Assembly (NCBI RefSeq): GCF_036321535.1
Contig: NC_087437.1
Span: 71,302,001 to 71,366,000 of the forward strand
DNA from: Camelus dromedarius
Taxonomy: Eukaryota
Length of the DNA: 64,000 nt
Reading direction: 5' to 3'
Every line of letters starts with the position of its first letter. Within the stretch, counting starts at the first letter, position 1. The notes below the pieces were generated by a model, which saw nothing but the letters and a program-made list of their open reading frames with translations, was not told the origin of the DNA and searched no databases. Positions 14,741 through 27,377 of the stretch are shown in pieces. Position numbers and translations under genes: made by a program.

Positions 14741-15149
14741 TCAAAAGAGTATTTCAAAAGTGACAAGGGCAATACTGAGACACACAGGGTGGTATCTGCC
14801 ACAGCAATTAGCAGGTACTATTTCTGAATGCTCACATATAAAATCACGAATGGCTCTAATATCTTCTGCACTCACTAACTTACTAGCCTGAATAATATTT
14901 CAAACTTGACTTAAAGCTCACTCCCCCAAGACAAGTATCACTGTATTCACAACCTATTCTCAGTAACACACATTAAAAAAAAATCCTTCCAGAAAGTATC
15001 CTTCAAAGCTAAATAAAGCCCAGTGGAATATGACATTCTTCTAAGAACCTGACCGATAATGATGCTGAAAGTTCTTGGTAGTGAGTGAAGAAGCAACAGC
15101 TGCTCACCTCTCCTCATATTCCCTGGAAACACTATATAAAATAGCCCAT

Positions 15150-15365
15150 GCATCTGTGATGCTCATCATATGTCAGGCATTGTGCTAAGTGCCCTGCAAG
15201 TATTCACTTATCTCATCCTCACAGCAGTCCTGTGAGATAAGAGGAACGAACATCTTCATCTCCATCGTATAAATGAGGAAACTGAGGCACTGAGAGAGCT
15301 GCCAAAGCTCCAAGGCAAGTAAGTGACTGACTTGGAACCTGAATTCACTCCAGCTCCAGAGCACA
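15150..15365 (-). mobile_element. MIR
   Basis: atgtcaggcattgtgctaagtgc...aaatgaggaaactgaggcac core. Confidence 0.78.
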
Positions 15366-16329
15366 CAAACAACCTCTATTTTATACTGCAAGGAGTTTAA
15401 CTTAGAAGAAAAGAACAGAAAAGAAAAGAAACAGGACAGCTAGGAATAGGAGCCTGGTAGAATACAGGAAATAGAGTAAAGCAATCCAATGTGAAATTTC
15501 AGTGGTTTCAGGACTGGAATTATTGATTATTTCAAGGATTATGCCCCATCAGTACAGAATAAAACTGTGACAAAAGCTCCTCATATTTCAGAACTCAAGC
15601 TCTAAGAATTATCTGTGTCAAGCGTCTATCCACATTAAGCCATGGAGGGCAGTCTCACAGTAAAAGGCAGTGGTCTACGAATCAGAAAAACTCTTCTAGC
15701 TCTGCCTTCCTTCACCCCACCTATTGCTTTTTCTCCTCCGTGAAATGGTTTGTGTCTCCCTATTTTGCTGCAGGTGCAAAGAACTTAGGGATCTCAGGTA
15801 GATATTGATTCACCTTCTCCCTGCAACAATACTATGTGTAGGCAAAAGCTCTCACTGCAAGTAATGGCTCCTTTGGCATAGAAATGAATCACTGTAACAA
15901 GGTAATTTGCTAAGGTTCTGTGAGGTAACTTCCCAGTTAGGCTTGAGAAATAGCTTTTTCTGACACAGAAGTAATATACGTACATTGTAAAAATAATTCA
16001 TATACTCAGAGAGAGCAAACAAGTATAGGTGGGTCTGTTGATCCTGCCCATCTCCTTCACAGAGCTCATCCTGACTTGTAATTATACTTTTATTGGCTTA
16101 GTGATCTGCTTATTGACTCTCTCCTGCACTAGACTCTAAGTTCCATCTGAGCAGGGACCATGTTGATTTCAAACACCTAAGTACATTATGTGCTTGGCAC
16201 ACTGTAAGTGTTAAATAACTTTTTTAATGAATAAGTGACTATTGAAAACACTAAAAATATCTGAGGGTCTGTTTTTATTTATAGGACTTTGAATTTGCAA
16301 CCATGTTTTTTCTTTTATTTTTTTAAATT

Positions 16330-17170
16330 AATTTTAGATGTACAATTAACTAAATGAGGCTTTATTCCTATTTTTTCCAGTAATGTCTTTTTCTGTACGA
16401 GGATGCAGCCCCAAATACCATGTGGCATTTAGCTGTTATTTCCTTAGTGTTCTCCAACCTATTGACAGTCCTTCACTTTTTCCTTGTTTCTCAGTGGCCT
16501 TACATATCAAAAAAGTCCTGGTCAGGTATTACAGGGAATGTCCTTCAATTTGGGCTCATGTGAGGTTTTTTTCATGACTAGACTGGGGTTTGGATCTTGG
16601 GGAAGAAGACCACAAAGGTGAAGTGCCCTTCTTCTCAAACTCAGAGGGTACACATAACAACATGATTTATGACGATGTTAACCTTAATTACTTGGTTAAG
16701 GCAGTGTCTGGCAGGCCTCTCCACTGCAAAGGTACTATTTCCCCCTTTCCATGTTCTATTTGTTAGAAATGAGTCACTAAGTTCAGCCAATACTCAAGGG
16801 GAGAGTTAAACTCTACCTCCTGGAAGAGGGAGTGTCTACGTTTATCATTTGGAACTCTTTAAGGCAGACTCGTGCTTTCTCCCCCATTTGTGTATTTATT
16901 TAATCATTTGGATCAGTGTGGACTTGTGAATAGTTATTTCATACTTTAGGTTATAATCTAGTACTAGCACTATTCATTTTGCTGCTCACAGTTTTTTTAA
17001 TTTGGCCATTAGAAGCTCTTTCAGGCTGACTCCTATGTCTTTCTGACATGCCTCTTTTTTCCTTTCACAAGCACTTCTTTCTATTCTGGCACGACGAGAT
17101 GTTCCAGGCTCATATTGTACATTCCCCATCCCAGCCCTAGAGGCAGCCATTTCTCTAAGGAGTCCTGGAA
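16330..17170 (-). mobile_element. Ancient L1MC/L1MD-like 3' fragment
   Basis: ccagccctagaggcagccatttctctaaggagtcctgg is the reverse complement of the 46710-46745 motif. Confidence 0.7.
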
Positions 17171-19096
17171 CGTCAAAAGTTTAAGTTTCTTGTTCACATT
17201 TAAGAAGGAAATAAATTACACTCATATAAGTATTTCAGTACAATATCTTCTATTTCATTTAAACTCCATTATTAGATAAAATGTTCTATATCATGACATA
17301 AAAATATAATTTGTGGTATCACTACCAGAAATTAACAGTAATACCTTTTGTGTGAAAATTTGTTCAAGGAAGTAAGGATATAAAATAAACTATTTCCATC
17401 TGGAATTATTTATTTATGAAAGTCATGGTACTTTAAAGCCTCCTATGCAAGTAACATTACCAATAATATTGCTGGAACATATTAAGCTAACAGGTGGCAT
17501 TTTAAATGGGGAAAGGAACACCATTCAACCCAGTAGGAGGTTGCTAACTATTTCCAATAAAGAAATACTATTTCAAACATATCAATTTGAAAGTGACCAG
17601 GCAAAATGGTAGGAAAAGTGAGATAAGTTTGAGAAGGATGTGGACATGAATAAAACTGAAACCATATGCTGACAGTGTTTTAAGGGTACATGAAAAATGT
17701 ACTAGGTACGTATGCAAGGAAATGTACTGGGCAGGTAATTTGGAGTTTAATTGAGTAACTAAGGACATACAACTTATCTTCCATTTTCTAAAAACTGGTG
17801 ATCTGCTGTCTTTTTGACTCAGATTGAGGGCTTTCTTTACACCTGGAAGACCAAGTTTAATTTGAGAGTTTTGTTCAAAACCCTGACTTGGGTAACTGGG
17901 TCATAGTTACCTGGTTTAGTCTCATGGCGGCTTCCCCGACATGCAAGACTATCCCATGGCTATTTCTCTGGGTTTCCCCAAAGGTCTACTTGTCCTCACC
18001 TTTATTAACTCATAAGCACCACCTGATGCTTCCTCTTTGTGTGGCACTGCCTCGAATTCACCTTGTTTTGCCAGCCATAGATCGTGGATTCCAATTTCAC
18101 TCCTCTGAAGTGCCCCTCCATAATCTCTGCCTGAACCAGCTTCCATTCTCAGCAAAAGTGACTTTATTTAGGGAACCTTGTCACACCAAGTTCTAATCCT
18201 AGCCATAGAAAATTGAATTTAACTTTTGTGTTATCATGACCTAGCCCAGGTGTCTCATGCCATAGGCCAGTTTGTCAGCTTCCACTTAAGGCTCTACCTC
18301 CTGGGGCAGATGTCTCAGGCTATCCACGACATGATAGAGCAGGGCAGGTGAAGACGTAAATCCTGACAGCAACACAAACATTATACTGGTGGAAAACACA
18401 CTCATAATTTCCTTGTATTAGTGGATGTGGATACATTGTGTCAACTCATCTTCATTTGCCAGGGAAGTCCCAGCATCCTCTCAGATACTCTGAACTCCTC
18501 CCCCAAACTGGGCAAATACTTAATAAGCTCAGAAAAGCCTATCAGCAACAACCCTCCAGAAAAATAAGGTTCTGTAGCTCATTCTGTGAATCATTATATA
18601 TCAAAGTTCTAAGTTAGTAATACGGTTTAACAGATTAGAACACAATGCTTAGCATTTTGTTCAGGAGCTGGAAGCCAAGAACCTATTTCTGAAAGTACAG
18701 GAATATCCCTAAAAAGCGTACCCTTCCATCTTCGTGGGTTCTATACTGCCCAGTGTAGCATAAGAACATTAAAAAAAGAAGCAGCCAGTCAAAGCAGATC
18801 CTAGGCTAACTTCCCCTCTCTGGGCTTCAGTTAAACTCCACACAAAGGGACTGGGCTAGGAGTTACTTCAGCTCTCTCCATGAGGCAGTTCCCGATGCTC
18901 TGCTTTGTGAGTCCTCTCAGGGACATGTGGGTCTAGAGCGAATCTCTACATCAAATAGTCCAGAGATCACAGTCTATGGGTGGTAGAAAGAAAAGAGAGA
19001 GATCCTCTTATTTTTTCATTCTGCCTGCTCACTATGGTACATCCAAGTACTATCATTTTAAATAAAATGATGTTCAGTTTAAAATAGTCTGCCATC

Positions 19097-19820
19097 GAGG
19101 CACGAAGCAAGACACTGTGGAAAACAGTATGGAGATTCCTCAAAAGACTAGGAATAGACTTACCCTATGACCCAGGAATCCTGCTCCTGGGCATATATCC
19201 AGAAGGAACCCTACTTCAAAATGACACCTGAACCCCAATGTTCATAGCAGCACTATTTACAATAGCCAAGACATGGAAACAGCCTAAATGTCCATCAGCA
19301 GATGACTGAGTAAAGAAGATGTGGTGTATTTATATGATGGAATACTATTCAGCCATAAAAACTGACAACGTAACGCCATCTGCGGCAACATGGATGTTCC
19401 TGGAGAATGTCATTCTAAGTGAAGCCAGAAAGAGAAAGAAAAATACCATATGAGATCGCTCATATGAAGAATCTAAAAAAAAAAAAAAAAAACATAAATA
19501 CAAAACAGAAACAGACTCACAGACATAGAATACAAACTTGTGGTTGCCAAGGGGGTGGGGGGGGGTGGGAAGGGACAGACTGGGATTTTAAAATGCAGAA
19601 TAGATAAACAAGATTATACTGTACAGCACAGGGAAATATATACAAGATCTTGTGGTAGCTCATAGCAGAAAAAAAATGTGACAATGAATATATATATGTT
19701 CATGCATAACTGAAAAATTGTGCTCTGCACTAGAATTTGACACAACATTGTAAAATGACAATCACTCAATAAAAAAAAGTAAAAAAAAGGTGAACGACGA
19801 AAAAAATAATAATAATAAAA
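19097..19820 (+). mobile_element. Young lineage-specific L1, 5'-truncated (ORF2 end and 3'UTR)
   Basis: cactgtggaaaacagtatggagattcctcaaaagac..., A tail, exact 17-bp TSD taaaatagtctgccatc at 19080-19096 and 19821-19837; very similar to 62057-63100. Confidence 0.93.
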
Positions 19821-20728
19821 TAAAATAGTCTGCCATCTACCTAGTTCCCTCTAAATCCACATACACACGTCCAGAATTCCTAGTATGGTTTACTTCTTCT
19901 GACTTTTCCCATTGTCTCCCCAGTTCATTGACATGAAGTGTCTTCAGAACCTCACAACATTCAGAAGGTAAAAATTAAATTCATTGTAACACCCACTTAA
20001 TATGATAAGCCTGAGATTTTGGAACCCGCTTAGGGAAAGCAATAGGAGAGTTCGATTGCTTAGCTAATGATAATCTAAGAAGGAAAAAAAGGTCTCCTCA
20101 TACACCTTTAAGAAAGCCTCCACAAACAGAAGGCTGAATGTTACATGGGAGGTCTTACTACTGCAAAGCCAAAGGGGTGCCAACAAGGAGCAAAATGTGA
20201 TTGGGGCTCATATGCAACACAGAAACCACATCGCTACTGCTCTTTCTTTATTTCTAGATTTAGACAACAGCTTATATGAGTTTTAATGTTAACTTTTAAG
20301 TAACTTACCATTGATGTTAATTTTATAGATACTCAGTAAAGAAACTAAGGATTTTTTTTAAGGACCATTCTTATAAAAGAGAAGGTGAGGGGGAAACAAA
20401 TTCTTTGTTTTGGTGTCACTTACGTGTCTGGCCACTGGGTGCCAGAGCAGATCTTCCTATGGTTAGAGACTCAGCCAGGCAGGGGATAGCTAATTCACAC
20501 CTGCTGCTCATCAGCGGCCAGGACACTAAGAGCGGCTAGTCATTCATGGTGCTCAAGCCTTCTAAAAAAAACTTCCTCTCAACTATCTTTTCAAAAGAAC
20601 TCAAAAACTGTCTTCTTAATGCATTCTATGATTTTTAGGAACTATTCAATTTTTTTTTTCTGTTTTTGAGAGTGTGGATTTGGTTTCCATCAAAGATACT
20701 TCAGTATTCCCAAACCAAGGTTGAACCT

Positions 20729-20818
20729 GATTTGGATTTGATTTTAGACTTGGACTTGATTTGGATTTGATTTAGATTTGACTTGGATTTAGTTTTGGTT
20801 TTCATAGATTTGGTTTTC
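20729..20818. repeat. Degenerate (GAYTTG/GATTT) simple repeat
   Basis: gatttggatttgattttagacttggacttgatttggatttgatttagatttgacttggatttag. Confidence 0.8.
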
Positions 20819-21294
20819 ACTAATAGTAATAAACAGACATCAGGGGTTCCCAAACCAGATCTAAGCTGAATAGTAAGTGGACTAGCAAGTACAATCATGT
20901 CGGACAGGTCCAAACCACAATAAGTCCCCGTTACTAATACTCTGGTAGAAATATTAAAATAACATGCTGGTACAAAAGCAGGTACAGCAAAACTCCACTG
21001 GCATTGTTCCCTTTCCTGAAATTTGAATGTAGTCAGTCACTGCCCTGGTTCTTGATCTTTCCCATTGTCTCCTCGCTTCACTGACTTCAATGTCAATAAT
21101 CTTACAGCTAAAAAAAAAAAAAAAAAAAGATTCCTTAAAATGTCCATTTGATAAGCATGATAAGCCCCAGGCAACTGGTTCTAACTTAGAGAAAGTAAAA
21201 AAAAAAAACATGATTTGAAACTCTCTCTTTTGTGGTTAAAGAAAATAGTAAAATTATAGTGTTACACTATGCAGATTTTTATGAAGATTTGTCT

Positions 21295-21747
21295 CCCCTG
21301 GCAAAGTAAACAAAAGCAAAAATAAACAAATGGGACTACATCAAACTAAAAAGCTTTTTCCACAGCCAAGGAAACTATAATCCAAAAGAAAAGGCCGCCT
21401 ACTGAATGGGAGAAGATAATTGCAAACAATACATCCGATAAGGGATTAATATTCAAAATATACAAAGAACTCATACGATTCAACAGCAAAAAACCCACCC
21501 GATTAAAAAATGGACAGAGGGCCTGAGCAGACATTTTTCCAGAGAAGATATACTGATGGCCAATGGGCACATGAAAACATCACTAATCATCAGGGAAACA
21601 CAAAGCAAAACCACCATGAGGTACCGCCTCACACCTGTCAGAATGGCTATTATCAAAAAGACAGCAAAAGGGGGAAAGTATATAGCTCAGTGGTAGAGTG
21701 CATGCCTAGCATGCATGAGGTGCTGGGTTCAATCCCCAGTACCTCCA

Positions 21748-21799
<52 letters not shown>

Positions 21800-22465
21800 A
21801 TCTAATTACCCCCCCCAAAAAGGATTAAAAAAGATAGACAGCAAATAACAAGTGTTGATGAGGATGTGGAGAAAAGGAAACCCCGTGTATGATATCACCA
21901 ACCCCGCTGGTGATAATGTAAACTAGTGCAGTCACTATGGAAAATAGTATGTAGGTTCCTCAAAAAATTAAAAATACAACTACCATACAATCCAGCAATT
22001 CTACTCCTGGGTATTTATCCAAAGAAAACAAAAAGACTAACTCAAAAAGATTATATGATACGTACCCCACTATGTTCACTGCAGCATTAGCTACAATAGT
22101 CAAGATATGGAAGCAACCTAAGTGCCCATTAACTGATAAATGGATAAAGAAAATGCACGTACATATACATTATATATATATAATGGAATATTACTCAACC
22201 ACAAAAAAAGAATGAAATCTAGACATTTTGACAACATGGATGGACCTAGAGGGTATTATGCTAAGTGAAAGAAGTCAGAGAGAGAAAGATAAATACTGTA
22301 TAATTTCACTTATATGAGGAATGTAAAAAACAAAATGATGAACAAACACAACTAAACAGAAACAGAATTCATAGATACAGAGAACAAACAGGTGACTGCC
22401 AGAGGGGAAGGGCGTGGGAGAGGAGAAAAGCAGGTTAGGGAGATTAAGAGGTACAAAGGAAAAAA
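21295..22465 (+). mobile_element. L1 ORF2 end and 3'UTR, interrupted by a SINE
   Basis: aaatgggactacatcaaactaaaaagct..., atggatggacctagagggtattatgctaagtgaaa. Confidence 0.9.
21669..21835 (+). mobile_element. tRNA-derived SINE with internal (TAAA)n, nested in an L1
   Basis: tatagctcagtggtagagtgcatgcctagcatgcatgaggtgctgggttcaatcccc; TSD agacagcaaa at 21659-21668 and 21836-21845. Confidence 0.9.
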
Positions 22466-22755
22466 AGTTTGCTTGTCCATTGCTACTGCTCCATCTCCAC
22501 TGACTTCAGGTTTGGAATGTTAAAAGTTAACTGTGATGAAGATTTTCAAATTCCAGGCTTCTGAAAAGTAGAAATGACAGGTTAGACTTAGCAGCCCTTT
22601 TCCCCTATTTCCTGTTAACTTCCATCCTTCTTTGGTTCTTTATAGAGTGAGATAGTATCTAACGCAACTAAAGTCTCAAGCTGCGCACATGTAAGACATA
22701 AACATTAAAAGATGTAACTTAAATTTTACTAAAGGTTAAATAAGAAATTCTTTAC

Positions 22756-22915
22756 CTTCATCAAAAGAATCTGAAGTGCTGCTTTTGTCCAAAGAAAGAT
22801 ACTCATTTTTATTCACATCCAGTGATTTTGACGGCACTCTACTTAACCTCTTCTCTGAAGTTAGTGAAGGACTCTTGGTCTGTTTTTCACTTTGGGGTTC
22901 CTCTTTCCCTAATCC
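22756..22915 (-). CDS. GRAMD1C: GRAMD1C exon 9 (160 nt), linker
   Basis: ttttag|GGA...GAAG|gtaaag; GLGKEEPQSEKQTKSPSLTSEKRLSRVPSKSLDVNKNEYLSLDKSSTSDSFDE. Confidence 0.94.
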
Positions 22916-25387
22916 CTAAAAGGCAAACAGTGAGATCTTAAATAATAAAGACATTTGGAAATACTGCTCTTTGAAAAATTTGTCTGCTATGTTTGCATTA
23001 AATTTCCAATTCAATTCATAAAATATTGGTAGATAGTATAGACCATTCTAAAGTCATCTTCTTACACATTATTGAACAGCAAATGTATGAAGAACATCAT
23101 ACAGAAAGAACTCACAGTTAACAACATGTGACTCATGTAAGTCAAAGGGAAAGGGGACAGAGTTAAAAATAACAGAACAGTCAGTTCTTTGGAGTGCAGT
23201 AGGGAGAGGAGTCAAACCCAGTTAGTTCCCCAGACAATACCTGCCCCATCATTTCAGAGGAGAGAACTCACCCATCTCTCAAGACCAGTAACTAAAGGGG
23301 AAAGGAAAAGAAAATAGAGAGAGAAAAGTCACATAAGAGTACAGTGTGGGAGAGAGAATTAAAAGGGAAAATTAATTTCACAGCAAACTCAAGAACACAG
23401 TTGCTTTGCTGTTAAGGGACTAAAGAATTGGGCATCAAAATATATTCAATATATAATGTTATCCATACTATCTGGGAATGGTTTAATAAAGATATGTCAT
23501 TTCTATAATAAATTTAATGTTAGGCTTTAAAGTATGAATGCTACTGCTGTGTTAGTATTCAAGTAGAAAAGAATAGTATTATAATTAGGCTTAACAGAAC
23601 AGTGTGAAAAATATACACTACACAGCAATGTACTTTCTTGTACTGCCTGTGTATAAGCAGATGAAAGAGAGCAAAAACATATATATAATCTTTATACTTC
23701 CTGCCCCAAGAGATCTTGAGCAGCACTGAACAACAGAAGCAGCTCTAGAGAGGATATCGGTTTCCACTGGCCACCGAGAAAGCAGAATAACAACTGGGAC
23801 CCAGGACGCAATTTATTAAAGGATTATACTATCCTAGTCAGAGGACTGATTTTTTTCAAGCAGAGATTATTGCTAAAATCAAGCCTTGATTTATCTGGGA
23901 TTTCCACATTACAAGGCAACATGCTTATTTAGCTGACCCAGGGCCTCTTTGGATGCTAAGCAGAGTAAGTTTCCACACATATTTCTCTTGTTTCTAATTA
24001 AGATACAGTTCCTATTGTAAAGAGCATGGACAGATACAGGAAAAGTAACAGTCACTATCTTTGAACGGCAGGCATCTGGACAATTTTTCTTTCTTTGTAT
24101 ACTTTTCTACATTTCCTGAATTTTCACAAAGCCTATTTATTTTATAACTTGAGAGAAACTTATTTTCTTCTTCAAAAAATGTTATTTCTAACTTTTTATT
24201 ATTTACAACCTTGTTGTAAGTAAAAATGAAACAAAACAAGTGACATATGATATTTATGACATCTGAGAATCTTCCCTTACTGCTCTTGAATGCAAAAGGA
24301 AGGAAAGGACGAAATCTCTATATTATTTCTATTTCCCAACCTGAAAACATCTACGCTAAACATCAATGAATGTATAATCAATCTTAAAACATTAAATTAC
24401 TCCTCTACATTCCATTCCCTTTCCTTAGAGAAAATATGACTTCCTTTAGGGACAAAACTAGAAGGAAGAACCAACAGGCTGACTATCCCAAGAGCGGGTA
24501 CAGAAGACATTGTCAAAGAAGCTCTATGAAGGACTCAAGAAATCAGTTCTCAAAGTCAAACTTTTGTAGAAGAATGAGAGGACTGCAAGAGATCCCTTGT
24601 CCTGTTACCACCCCAAAATTGAGTGGTTTGGTCTTCTCAATAGGAATGTATAAAGGGATTAGCATTCAGAATCACCTCCCTTGCACCAGCAGTAAGTTCC
24701 TAAGGGTATCTTGAAGTTTTACATGAAATCTACAACACAAAATTCAACTGAGATAGATGCTTGATTGGTAAGCTGATAATCTGGTGGGCTTTCACATAAA
24801 TATATTCTGTTTCAATGTCTTCCCAACATTATTTTCACAGAAGACACTGGGAGCTCCACGAGAGACGGTAGAAAAGGTCCAGTGCTGGCCACACACAGAT
24901 TCACCTTCCATTATAATCTGCTTATGGTCGCTGAATACTTAATATGTACTAGGGGCTGTTCAAAGCACTTTCACATGTATCAATTCATTTAATCTTTATT
25001 TTAAAAAAACCTCCATGGAGTATTAGTGTCCTCATAGTTAAGAAAACAAAGGCATAGAAGGTTAAGCAGAGGTAGAATCTGAAGCCAATGCTCTGATCTA
25101 AACCAAGAAATGCAACATTGGCCCCAAACTTGCATCCCTAGTCAGAAGAACAAAAGCTGCACACTCTTGGCCCTCATGTGGTCTCTAAGTACCACTCTTC
25201 ACTAAGAACTGTGGTTCATTAGGAGAATGGCTGATGCTAAGTCTGGGACAGAAGTGTACAAATTGTGCCTGTGACAAATTATGGTTCCAGAAAGAAAGGA
25301 AGCCATCAAAGATTACTGATTATTCCAAAAGGACAAAGGAGCCAACCTGAAGGGGCTCCTACTGGCAGAGGGGAAAAGCTGAGTATA

Positions 25388-25426
<39 letters not shown>
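25388..25426. repeat. (AAT)n microsatellite
   Basis: About 13 perfect units. Confidence 0.95.
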
Positions 25427-25427
<1 letters not shown>

Positions 25428-25958
25428 TAATGACTTCAAGCGATAGAAACTCACCAAAATAAAAAAGTTAATGGGATTATACTAATGCTTGAATAAAATA
25501 AAGGAAAAACTAATTATGAAACCCAGTAATTAACTGGACGTGCCTGCCTTAGTCTTCACCTTAACAAGCGTCTGTTGTTACTCAAGCATGCTGCTAAGGG
25601 TTCTCATCTCCCCTTCAACACAGATTCTTTCCAGTATACACTCTACCTACTCAGAGAAAAATTCTGCTAATTACAACTTTCTCTACCCTATTATATTTTT
25701 AATGGTGTCTATCCGCCTTACAGACTGATGCTCAGGGACCTGTCTGGTAACTCTGAACCATATCCAATTCCGAACAGAACCACATCTCATTCCCATATAA
25801 CCTCTGCTATTTACAGGCTTAAAACTCTTCACTTAAAATACCGGAGCAGTCTGACATCTAAAGTTTTTAAACATTTTGTATATTGCGTTTTTATTTGATC
25901 TTCCATTATGATGAGTATATGGCAGTATTAGATTTTAAAAAGGATATCATGCACTAAC

Positions 25959-26091
25959 CCCTTTCGGTGGATTTCCATCGATTGACTCTGTTTCTGAAAC
26001 CCGACTAATTGATTCACGGGTAAAACTGATTGACTTGGATAGTTTTTCATCTCTCTCCCCACAGTCATCCAAGCTGCTTCTTCCTGGACTT
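25959..26091 (-). CDS. GRAMD1C: GRAMD1C exon 8 (133 nt), Ser-rich linker
   Basis: ttacag|A...GGG|gttagt; SPGRSSLDDCGERDEKLSKSISFTRESISRVSETESIDGNPPKG. Confidence 0.94.
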
Positions 26092-26956
26092 CTGTAAGAA
26101 ACACACCATAGAAACATAAACAAGGTCACTGCCACGCAAATGACTGATGTAGCCTCCTCATCGAGGTCCTTTTCTGTAATAAAGCATTTTGACAACAAAC
26201 GTTTTTTGTAATGTAACAAACAAGCTTCTACTTATAACAAAGCTATCTTCTTAAATCCCATGCAAATTGACTTCATTGCAAAAAATAATACATGCTCATA
26301 AAAGATTTTATAAGCTTCAGAAACCATTAAAAATTAACCAAATACAAGTGGCCATAACAGCAACTAATAAAATGAACATTGCTTGTTTAAATTTTAGTTG
26401 TGGACAATGAAGAATCTTCAAAAGGTGCAGGGTAGATATTTGAACTGGATGCCAAGCAGCACCAGAAGGCACTTTTAGATCTCCTTCCTTGGGATTCAGT
26501 CCCAGCTGCCATAGCAAATACCTCCCAGAAGTGGAAGCTCTTAATGTCTGAGCACAGAGCCCATTCACATTCCATGCCTCCCTTCTTGCTCTTCTCATTC
26601 TTATAACAGAAATTCCTAAGGCTGAAGAAACAGCTTTCAAGTAGTTATAGGGACAAGTCTATAATAAATGTCTTGGGAACTGCTTTTCCTCTTTCAAGGA
26701 GAAGAAAAAAGTATATTAAATAATAAAGAAGCACAATGGATCTAATTTCCAGTGTTCAACTCTACTGAGCAATTATTATTCCCATGCAATCACTGCTACA
26801 TTTAGACTTAAAGCTCTTCTAAAATAAAGTAACAGCCTGACATCTTAAGCCATATTATCCTGAGGAAGAAACAGAAAAGCTAAAAAAGCCTCTCAACTCT
26901 GTTCTTCTCCAGTCAGTCACTCCTGGTCGGGCAGAATGGCAGGACTCTGAGGGAAT

Positions 26957-26988
26957 CAAACAAACAAACAAACAAACAAACAAACAAA
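26957..26988. repeat. (CAAA)n microsatellite
   Basis: 8 units. Confidence 0.92.
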
Positions 26989-27225
26989 ACCAACTCCTAA
27001 ACCAACTAGACCACTAGCCGTGTGTCTGAACTTGAGGATTTTTAGGATGGAGATGGCTTATGGAGAAATAAAGAAAAAAGGAGGAAGGAGACTGAAGGGA
27101 AGATTGAAAATGAAGAGAAAGAAGATGGAGGCGCTGGGGAAATAAAGGTTTGAGACACATGTTTCAGAGGTTGGAAGAATAGGGGAAAGAGCAGAAGAGG
27201 GAGCAAGGATCCTGCACACCTTTTC

Positions 27226-27377
27226 CTTTTCTTTTTTTTTTTTTTTTTTTTTGATGAGGAGAGAAGTAATTAAGTTTACTTTTTTTTTTTTTTTTAATTT
27301 AATAGAGGTACTGGGGACTGAACCCAGGACCTCGGGCATGCTAAGCACACACTCTACCACTGAGCTATACCCTGCCC
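27226..27377 (-). mobile_element. tRNA-derived SINE
   Basis: Reverse complement of the same SINE body with two poly-T tracts; TSD cctgcacaccttttc at 27211-27225 and 27378-27392. Confidence 0.9.

Noticed and set aside
17870..18370. Possible processed pseudogene or old LTR (ORFs 17888-18196 and 17949-18155)
   Set aside because: No recognisable protein, poly(A) or TSD. It may be an old LTR, but I cannot support a call.
20701..20913. KS-rich ORF as an SR-protein retrocopy
   Set aside because: No RRM or other flanking homology; the simple repeat explains it.
21669..21750. tRNA genes (also at 3090, 5459, 27300 and 60216)
   Set aside because: The tRNA-like heads carry A-rich tails and TSDs and differ from one another, so they are SINEs.
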